Assembly (NCBI GenBank): GCA_032718475.1
Contig: JAUCBJ010000138.1
Coordinates: 1 to 34,817, forward strand
Length of the DNA stretch: 34,817 nt
Direction of reading: 5' to 3'
DNA from: Nemertoderma westbladi
Taxonomy: Eukaryota > Animalia > Xenacoelomorpha
Of the stretch, positions 1 through 9,457 are shown piece by piece. Every line of letters starts with the position of its first letter. The stretch's first letter is position 1. Made by a program: the position numbers and the translations under genes. A model generated the notes under the pieces. It was given only the letters and a program-made list of their open reading frames with translations, was not told the DNA's origin and ran no database searches.

Positions 1-281
1 GAGATTTTCACCAAAAAACACAGGTTACAGAAGGGCTAAATCTAACCAAAACAATAAACGAATTAGTATATGTACAGGTTATAAGACAGAAATAAGAGTT
101 ATAAAACACTTAATAAAGATAAATTTAAAAAAATAAAAAATCTTCATATAAAATTCCAATACAAAGTCGACCGAAAAGTGAAATCCTGGTATTCTTCTTC
201 ACATGGGCGTCTAATGATTTATTAAAGCTGTTGTGATTATAGAAGATAGAGAGCAGTTAGCGAAATGATTATTTTTGTAAT

Positions 282-900
282 AAATAAAACAAGTTGAGAT
301 GTTTCAATGTAAACCGCGATTAACAATTTACACTGTTCAAAGTAAACCACGATATTAATTAAATACAACAGTTATATTATTATTATAACATATTTTTATA
401 TTTCAAACTATAATGTTAGCCTTATGGAGAATCATTATGAGGCTGAGTAAATATTCAGCCTTATAAGCATACAGCCTCCACATTATTAATGTTGGCACAA
501 AGATTTCAAAATAAAACAATAATGCGATGAGAGCATAGTACAATACACTGTGTAGCCAACACACTGTTTAACTAACAGTCATTTAGCTTGCATGCCAATT
601 AATTAACATAGCAAGGATGCATTGGGAAGAGTTATTCAGCTGAAACTGTAATAGCCAGCTAAACCAGTTAATGTTTGCTTACTGTCTGGGTTGTAGAGTA
701 GCAGTAGAGTGATAATACTTGGCAAAGAAAGTACTTCTTTGTTAGTTGCCCTTCCTATTGAATGCATTACCAGGCCATCTCTATACATTTTTCATTAGTG
801 CCAGCCTGGTGTTTTATCATTGCGCCTATGGCAAATTTCGTGTTTAGAGGCTATTTTTCGAAATAAAACAAGTTGAGATGTTTCAATTTAAACCGCGATT
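282..900 (+). repeat. Pair of 40-bp direct repeats (282-321 and 861-900), probably ends of an interspersed repeat
   Basis: AAATAAAACAAGTTGAGATGTTTCAAT(G/T)TAAACCGCGATT occurs twice with one mismatch. Confidence 0.6.
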
Positions 901-2751
901 TCACAAGTACCCAAAGAAATCTATTTTCATGGTCCATGCAAAATTTCATCAAAATAGCGCCGTTTTTGCTCTAGGTCAGTAGTCAGTAGCTAGTAGCCTT
1001 TTTTTCTTAGTCTAATTAAGCAGAAGGAGAAGGTCTTGTGGGAACGGTTGAATGTCGTTAAATTACATCTAATTTTACATCACGACCAGGTAAGTTTAAT
1101 TTGTATGAAATTGTGACATAAAAAAGTTGCTGAGTGCGTGAAGGGGTGGGGGTGTTGTGTTGATTAAATTGCTCCAATTTAAGAAAACGATATGAAGTTT
1201 CATTTTCAATTCTTACTAATAAAATTCATATTAAAGAATAATTAAGGAAACAGCACCACAATAAGTTACACCAAGTAGGTAGGCGGGTAAACGTACAATA
1301 ACAATATACACGATGCATCCAGTTAATTGCAAGTAAAAAATCCACATCATATTATTTATAAGTTTTACTATACGTTTTAATTACATATTATGTAATTTAA
1401 TGTGAACTGCGACACCAAGAGAGATGCAGTATCATTCGCACTGCAATTATTGAATTAATTAATTTATTGCTGAAATCTGTTTCCCGGAATTTCGGTTGTA
1501 ATTCAGAGATACACGGGGGGGGGGGGGGGGTGGGGTCTGAATTCCCCTGTTTTCGGTCTAGCATGTATATCTGCCAAGTTTGAACTTGAGCGGGTTAAAA
1601 GCAAAGAAACTGGAGGTACGCGTACAGAACTGGACAATTTACTGCACCTGGCACTTTGTTAGTATTTCAAATTTCCCTCCAAAATTGTTGAATTATATTT
1701 AATTAATAATTTATTTTTCTGGTTGAATTATATTTCATTAATATCTTTTTATATTTCCCATTTTAAAAATTCATGAAATTGGCCACATTCAGCCACCGTA
1801 CCAAATACTTTTAAAATTGTTTTTAATTATTAGGAAGACAAAAGAAATTAGGAATTAGAAATTACGTAAAATTTCAGATCCCCAATCGCGTTTGTCATTT
1901 TGTATAATAGACATAACAAAAAATCACGCGGTGTCATATTTAAACCCCCACGAGTACAATATTGCAATAATTATAGTTCTCTGGGGGCTATTTAATAAAT
2001 ACACAACATTATGGAACATTTATATTATGTATGTGTAGCTACGTAGTTGAGATATTGTATAGGCATACACGTTTATAAAAAATTTAAAGGAAAAATATAA
2101 AATATTGGCTCCTTCTTAATTTCGACTGTTGAACTAGATAGTTTCAAATTCGAAGCAATATGATAAAGATTTAAAGAAAACTAAATGGGGGGGGGGGGGG
2201 GGGGGGGGGTTCGTGTCATCTAACTACTTTATGACACTATTACGGTTCATGGAGGATATAAAATAATCATAATAATTGTAACGATTTTTTCATAAATTTT
2301 AGGCCAAAATTTGGACAAATTAGCCTAAATGTGATAAATGCGGTGGGAAACGTTTGTTTTTGATTGTGAAATTTTGGTTTGGAGCTTGAAAATTTCACAT
2401 AATTTTGTGGAAAAAAACTCGGTTGTTGTAGGTTTCCGGCACTATATCTTGACCCGGCTAATATGCGCGGCACGGCGCGGCATTACGCGACACGGCACGC
2501 GCACACACAGCATCTTAATTAGTAGCAACTAGTAATTATGTTAACTTCAGTATAAAGCGTTACCCTCGTCTGCATTTAAATACATCAAGTAAATCAGCGT
2601 TTACCAACAAAAACAGTCATAATTTAGCAACATAGCCAAAAATTCGAAGGAATTATTAAAAGCTAAGGTTATTTCATTTCAATAGCATTATCGTTTGCTA
2701 ATACGGTAATATTGCCCGCATATTGCCCGGTTCTTTATAGTTTTAAACAAC

Positions 2752-2820
2752 GATTCATTCCGATTTCGACTTCCCCTTACCGATGACGGTTTACAAGAGA
2801 AAATGTCATATTAGAATATC
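2752..2820 (-). promoter_or_regulatory. Type II SECIS element in the thioredoxin reductase 3' UTR
   Basis: Minus-strand RNA: AUGAC core (2809-2805); 11-bp helix II AUUUUCUCUUG/UAAGGGGAAGU; unpaired AAA; apical CCG-UCAU-CGG mini-helix; 3' core CGAA; helix I AUUC/GAAU. The core lies about 90 nt downstream of the in-frame UGA. Confidence 0.9.
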
Positions 2821-2892
2821 AACGTTGTTGCATAGCAACCAGTGTGTGTCTACCCCGCCCTATTTTACGGACGGGGGTCACAGACTGGCTGG

Positions 2893-4476
2893 TTACCCTC
2901 AGCAACCAGTCACGGTGGGGTCCCGACCACTCCGTTTAGTTACATTTAGTTTAGTAACCTCCTCCGCTACAGTAGGATGGATTCCAACACTCCGTCGCAC
3001 TGTATCCATGGTGAGTGTTGGCGTCGCCATCGCAACGCCAAATCCCTGAGTGACCTCGCCAGCGTTGGGACCCAGTATATGGAACCCTCTCACGAACTCT
3101 TCGCCCCCCACAATCTCGCAAACCACCTTAATGTAGCACTGCGAGGCGTCCGCATTAGGAATATAGAACTCCAATGGTTTATAGTAGGCGTGGTAAGTCT
3201 CTACGCAAGAGTCACCGTATCTTTGTAACGCGGTCTCTTCGGATAGACCCACGGATCCGTACTCTAACGGGGTAAACACGGTGGTTGGAACGCCATCGTA
3301 ATTCATTTGAGTTTGTATCCCGCCGAACAGACGACCAGCTAACAGCTTCCCCGCTGCTATAGCGACGGGGGTTAACTCCAGCCCCCGTTGCAACACGTCG
3401 CCGATCGCGAATACATTGTCCGTCGTCGTTCGTTCTAACTCTATGACGTCACCGCTAACGATCCTACCTCTCTCGTCGGTTTCAACCCCCGCCGATTGTA
3501 GATTCAACGGTTTAGTTTGCGGTGTTCGTCCGACCGCTAGTAACACTGTATCGAATGTCTCCTCTAGTAGGTCGCTAGACTGATGGGCCGTTGAAGAATG
3601 AGTCACCGATATTCCGTCGCTCCTCTTACTGAATCCCCGTGGAATCCTCCCTTTTATGAACCGAGTTCCTTGTGACGTCATATTGTCCACCACCAACTCG
3701 GCCATCTGTTGATCGAACCCGCGCAGCGGAATGGATCTCATCATTACGGTGACGTCATAGCCCAACCCGGTGAGGAACCCGGCGCATTCTAACGCTACGT
3801 AACTCGCCCCAACGACCAGAGTTCTACCGGGCGGCTCGCTTCGCCAGAATATGTCGTCACTGGTAACGCAGAGTTCCGTAGCCCCGGGCACCTCGGGGTA
3901 TGTAGGTCTACCTCCCACAGCCACAACCACTTTATCAGCCGTCACTACCGATTCTGTGCCTTTCCCATCCACACATGCCACCGTGTGGCGGTCTATAAAG
4001 CGACCTCTAGCATTTATATACTCCACTCCCTTGTCACGCAATTGAACTCTGTGACCCCAGTTCAGGGAACGGACGTGATTGGTCACCGCTCCTACGAGAG
4101 TTGACCAATCGTTTGAGGGTGGTGTTGTTACATCCCACCCGTAGGTCGGGCCCTCCCTTAGAGTGTGTCCTACCAACGCAGCTCGGTGCATTAACTTCTT
4201 TGGGATGCAACCCACATTAACGCAGGTTCCTCCCAACCCCCACTTGGTGCCCTGTGGCGACGGAGTCACATAGTCCAATACAGCGACCCGCCGTTGGTAG
4301 ACCGATGACGCTTCTTTGGAACACGCCAAACCACCTGACCCACCTCCTATAACTAGAAGGTCGTAGTCATAGTTATGCGTAGCGCTGCTATTATTAAATT
4401 GATTCCGTTGTATATGACCGCTAAATAAACTAGAAGTCTTACAATATTTCACTCGAGTAATGTTCAACCCTAACAT
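2893..4476 (-). CDS. TXNRD2: Thioredoxin reductase, mitochondrial type (TXNRD2/TrxR2-like) selenoprotein, single coding exon, 527 aa with Sec
   Basis: FAD motif IGGGSGG, redox centre GGTCVNVGCIPKK, NADPH motif VGASYVALE, HPTVAEE interface motif. The end reads ACT GGT TGC TGA GGG TAA = T-G-C-U-G-stop, so the ORF track stop at 2899 is the Sec codon. The N-terminal ~35 aa are basic/Ser-rich without acidic residues, like a mitochondrial presequence. Confidence 0.95.
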
Positions 4477-4968
4477 TTCTACATACCACGCAACTGCTCA
4501 GTTTTATCAGTTTATATTGTAGGGCCTATTTGATAAATAACAGGGATTGCAAACTGTTAAACCTGTAGACTATCTACGCCGACTACGGGTTGCGTAGCAT
4601 AGGCAGGTCGGGGCTGCCAAGTAAGTGTGATGTCATGGCCTACTTTATAGGTGACCGCGTGGTGATGTGTTGATAGGTGACCGATATCGGGGTGTCATCA
4701 AATACCGGTACTGCGTTTCCTTAAATTTATATTATTATATTACTGTATTATTATTGCAAGGCAAGGTAAATCTATTTAAGATATTATAATATAGGAAAAC
4801 CTATGTAAAACCTACCGGTAACGCGGTAACGGTAAACCTATTTTTAAACCCTATTTTTTTTCGCCGCCGCTTCCTGTTAGAGTAGGCCTACAGACAGACT
4901 GACAGAGGTCACAACACAGACTATTATGAAAAGTTGGTAGGAATCGGCATAGGCCAGTAGGCGGGTGT

Positions 4969-5247
4969 TTGAAAAAGGTGGACTGGACACAGAAAACATG
5001 GACAACGGACAGACCAATCAGAAACGTGTTAAGCAAAGCAGTTTGTAGCGATTTGTTTGTCCACCTTTTTCAAGTTTTCGCTTTCTTAATTACATTTGGA
5101 AATAAAATGTGTGTTTGAAAAGGGTGGACTGGACACAGGCACATAAAACATAGATACAGTAGGGGTGTAATTGTCTGGCCAATCAGAAACGTATTAAAGC
5201 AATGCTATTTCGTAGTGATTGGACTGTCCAGGTGTCCACCCTTTTCA
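4969..5247. mobile_element. Two tandem related MITE-like units with terminal inverted repeats, upstream of TXNRD2
   Basis: Unit 1 (4969-5073): TTGAAAAAGGTGGAC...GTCCACCTTTTTCAA. Unit 2 (5116-5247): TGAAAAGGGTGGAC...GTCCACCCTTTTCA. Both contain CCAATCAGAAACGT. Confidence 0.6.
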
Positions 5248-5306
5248 GGTTTCAATTATCATCTATAATCGGCATGCTGGACGCAGCTGCATTAAGAATG
5301 CTATGT

Positions 5307-5659
5307 CGGTGTCCTAGGCGTATCTACCCCCCCCCCCCCCCCCCCCCCCCGCGCGGAATGCCCCCCTATATAGACTTACAGTATAATAATAGTGGTCTAG
5401 CGTACCATACAGCACATTAACTTGGATTTATTGGTTTATTTTTGTGGTTGGGGTTAGTTCGTCAGGCCCAAACCCTAATTTAAACTGTCATTAGTAACTC
5501 TAACCTTAAAGTCATGATGCTCTAATCTAAGAAATTATGAGGAATTTAGGATCCAAAATATTTAAGGTTGGGGTTACATGACAGTTTTAATTAAAGGAGC
5601 TAGGCGAAAATGCCCGTGGGGGCATTCCGCGTGGGGGGCATTTTCGCTTGATAACACCG
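5307..5659. mobile_element. Degenerate non-autonomous TIR element (MITE)
   Basis: Ends CGGTGT...ACACCG, with subterminal inverted CGCGGAATGCCCCC / GGGGGCATTCCGCG and internal TAACC/GGTTA-like motifs. No clean TSD found. Confidence 0.5.
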
Positions 5660-6016
5660 GGCTGTCGACAAAATTGCGCCGCCACAAATCCCTATCACCC
5701 TTGACTTTCGCGAAATTATCCGCAACTTCAAGGACAGTGTCTTTTAAGAGGCGTCTCATGGTCTCAAGAAAGTCATGGTCTTCAATTATTCAACTATATA
5801 CTGCAGTACTGTAATAAAAAATATTCTGGAATATTTTGTTTATTTAATGGAGTAGCTACGCCATAGTAAAATGATATCAAAATATTAATACTCGTCAAAC
5901 AAATAAATAAATAATAATGTCTAAAAAATTTATGTGCGTATGAAATAGAATAAATAGCCTGCACGTTGCAGCGGAAGTAAATACCTGCATTTTTTGAACG
6001 CCGATATCTCAAGCTA

Positions 6017-7208
6017 TGTAAAAGCTTTTGCTGAATTGTCCGGTTATTTTTCCTTATTTTCCCGTAAAATACTCTGTAGTTGGTTTACCAGGCATAAAAA
6101 GGCCGTGTCCTTGCTGTACTGGTGTTTTAGCGGACATAAAAGCTATTTCTTCTGTATTTGTACTTTAGAGGACATAATCCGTAATTCTGTGACGTAAAAG
6201 CTCGATACTCTTGAAAACAGTGTCGCTACCATGACGACGGCTAGCAGCTGATATTGCCACGTCGACGTTTCTTTGTTTCTTTGTTCTCTCGTTGTTCAGG
6301 TTGACCAATCAGAGCGTTTGTTGTCTCTGTGTTGGAGGTATATACAGAAACTCAGTAGTGCAGTGTTATGTTTTTGCCCAGAGCCTAAGAACCGGCTTTT
6401 GGCACCTCCGTGTTTTCAGTTTTTAGTCTTACACTAGTAGGTTTAATTATAAGGACATATATCCTTTAACTTGATAACTGATCATACATCCTGACTGCTG
6501 AAACATTGCAAACTCATAACAATCAGTGTTCAGTTGTTGTTTTATACTGCTATTTACTGTCAGTTCTTCATAATATGGTTGATGAATTATTATATTTGGA
6601 ATAACGATAAATAACCCCGAAACCCAATATTCTTGATATACCGAAGGTAAGAGAGAAAGGTTACCAATAACGATTGTGACTTATGTTAAAGTGGTTTGAA
6701 GTGAATCTAATGTTATTTGATAGACCCTACATGAGTCAGTCTGTGTTCCTTTTATATGTGACTAAAATCAGTGAAGATTGGCAGATTAGTGTGCAGTATT
6801 GTGCAGCATTGCGTATGAGTGAGTCTGTTAAAGAAGCATTTCCTAAAGAATGCGCCATATATGTGAATTATAATTAAGCCATATCGTTGTGAGTAGTTTA
6901 AGTCATAACTCTGTTTATATAGATAAAGCGCCACGTCCTAAAGGAACTGTTAATATTCCCGAAGGTGAATAATATTGTCAGAGATTACATAATACTGTCA
7001 GTCGAATAATACATTAGGCTTACATAGCAATAAAATTAAACCGTCGAACCCAATCTCCCGGGAATATCCAGCGGGTGAATGGTCGCGCACAGATTGGTTT
7101 CGACTAGTGTAGTGAATCAAATACTTGTCATAGACTAAAAACGATTTAATATCTAGAAGACATCTTAATTTGGCGGGTTAAACTGCCAAAGGTCTGAAAG
7201 TGCGAACA
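6017..7208 (+). repeat. 5' LTR (1192 bp)
   Basis: TGTAAAAGC...GTGCGAACA; direct repeat of 19342-20533. The only difference I noticed is T7201 vs C20526. Confidence 0.97.
6305..6356 (+). promoter_or_regulatory. Putative LTR Pol II promoter elements
   Basis: CCAAT at 6305 (GACCAATCAGAGCG also kept in the diverged solo LTR), TATATA at 6339, Inr-like TCAGT at 6352. An AATAAA lies at 7029. Confidence 0.4.
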
Positions 7209-7277
7209 TTAAAGGATATAGCTTCTTTGTTGCAGTAAGCAATAAAGTTGAAAGTACCGGTCAACCGGTAAACTTGA

Positions 7278-7400
7278 ACCGGTACATCTGTAGGTCAGTA
7301 GGCCCAACCGCTAGAACCGGTACTGCCGTAGGTCCGTAGGTCCAACTGCCAGAACCGGTACTTCTGTAGGTCAGTAGGCCTAGCTGTCCTAACCGGTACT
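7278..7400 (+). repeat. ~38-bp tandem repeat (about 3 copies) in the element 5' leader
   Basis: Unit approximately ACCGGTACTNCYGTAGGTCMGTAGGYCCAACYGCYAGA. Confidence 0.75.
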
Positions 7401-7580
7401 TCCATATAAGTACACTAGTATTATTCGATTTGATTGTTGCATACCGGTAGGCTGTTTAGGGGATTAGGGATTGATCACCCCTTATTCCTTTATATGGTTT
7501 ACTTATTTCTGTCAAGTTTTATTTATTTGTAGGCCAGTATTGAACAGAAGGCGTGTAAGCCTGATCAGATTGTACAGACG

Positions 7581-8150
7581 ATTTGTAGGCTGAGCTGTTG
7601 TCTGATTGCTGTTAGGTCCGAACGAATTGCAGTGTGTGTAGATCACCTGTCCGATTAAGTACGGTTAGGAAGTAGGGGCAGCGAACGCGGTAAGGTAAAC
7701 CCCCAACTAAAGAATAAGTCGCACTACTGGGTTAGAGCGCATACTCCCTAATCATTTCGGAGTCTGCATGTCCTGTAGTTTATTTAGGCTTGAGAGTAGT
7801 CTGCCATCGTTTAGTCTGTACTTTGTTTGTGTAAGTCTGTACGGGTAGCGTATAATTTTATTTAGATAATTTGTAGGCTGGATAGTTGTCCGGCTGTTAT
7901 TAGGTCTGAACGGATTGCAGTGTGTGTAGATCATTTGTCTGATTAAGTACGGTTAGGAAGTAGGGGCAGCGAACGCTGTAAGGTAAACCCCCAACTAAAG
8001 AATAAGTCGCACTACTGGGTTAGAGCGCATACTCCCTAATCATTTCGGAGTCTGCATATACCGTAGTTTGTTTAGGCTTGATAGTAGTCTGTCAGTGTTC
8101 GGTCTGTATTTTGTTTGAGTAGTTTGTACGCGTAGCGTAATATTTATTAT
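7581..8150 (+). repeat. 288-bp tandem duplication in the element 5' leader
   Basis: GATTAAGTACGGTTAGGAAGTAGGGG... occurs at 7653 and 7941. The central ~115 bp are nearly identical and the flanks are more diverged. Confidence 0.9.
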
Positions 8151-9457
8151 TCAGAGTTTATGCGATTATCCGCAACATTCATTCCCCAAGTTTGTTCCTA
8201 CAGTAATTGTGTTTGTTATACATACCGCTATAGTTAAATTAACCCCGGTACTACACGGGCTGCTCGGCGTAGGTAAAGACTGGTGATTTTGTGCATCGGT
8301 CACTCCAGCAGATGCCGTGGTTCTTTTAGCTGTTCAAGTATATTTAACTACTGATTATCTGTTGTACAAGTACTCGTACCTAATTTAGGGTTTAGTGTAC
8401 AGTACTTTCCGAAGTAATTAGTGTAGGCATTATATTTGTGTTGTAAAGTGGTTGATAGGCACGTTCGATTAGCTCTATTAACTTCTAGGTAGGAACACTC
8501 CGTGATACATAACATAGAACCTATAACGATACGGCTATAGGTTGTCAGGCGGTGGTATTTTCCTATCTGGACAACGCAGTGTATTCACTACTACTTATTA
8601 TTTCAAATACCGTAGTACCCTGTCCGTTGTAATAACCGGTTTTCTAACCCTTTGTTAGGCTGGTTTGTAGACCTCTTGTAAAATTACCCTAAAAATTCGT
8701 ATTTGTGTTTTTGTAAATTTTTGTGTTTATTTAGAGATTGTAATCTCACCCGAATTGTACGTAATTTGTAGTATTAAGTAACTTAGGTAAATTAGTATTA
8801 TTTGTTTTAGTGTCCTGTACGTAACACTTCACTGAAAGCGTACCGCTTTGTGTAGTGATTACCCCAGAAATAATAACATTTATTTCAAACATTGACTAAA
8901 CCCATTAAAACGGGTATATATATATTATAAATCAAATCTAACGATTTATAAATAGTAGGCCTACCATATAACAATTAGGTCTCAATATCAGTTGGACTAC
9001 TGCTTAAATAACGGTAATAAAGTAAGTTAAAGTAACCAAGTAACCCTAAAGTTCAGAAATTCAATTATTCTAAAATAATTGATATACCGGTATTTACGAT
9101 AGGCCTATTATCTTTATTTCTGTAAATTTTAGGCTTACATTATACCGGTACTTGTAATTAATTCTAGTCCAGAATTATATATACTATAAACTGTAAGCTG
9201 TGTACCGGTATTCCCGATAGGCCTATTATATATTTATATATACTTGTGCTAAAATTATACCGGTATTCTGCGATAAACCTAGTCTGTAATAATACTTATA
9301 TATACTATAAGCATACCGGTATTCTAATATATTATATATACCACGCTGCATTGAGTAGCAGTACCGGTAATTAATTATTAGGCTAGCAGTTAATACTGAG
9401 TTACTAGACTTGCTCAGACTGTAATACAGCAGTAGACATTCAACGGTATACATAGTC

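Noticed and set aside
1515-2210. Poly-G runs (similar G/C runs at 5327, 23831, 27800, 28818) as G-quadruplex elements
   Set aside because: Mostly homopolymers within or near repeats, prone to length error, with no evidence of function.
2460-2533. Possible Helitron 3' end (GC-rich stretch then CTAGT)
   Set aside because: The hairpin is imperfect and I could not identify a matching 5' end.
6683-6934. Small ORFs duplicated at 20008-20259
   Set aside because: They are duplicated only because they lie in the LTRs. A similar short frame exists in the solo LTR (26108-26290), but there is no motif, so coding is unsupported.
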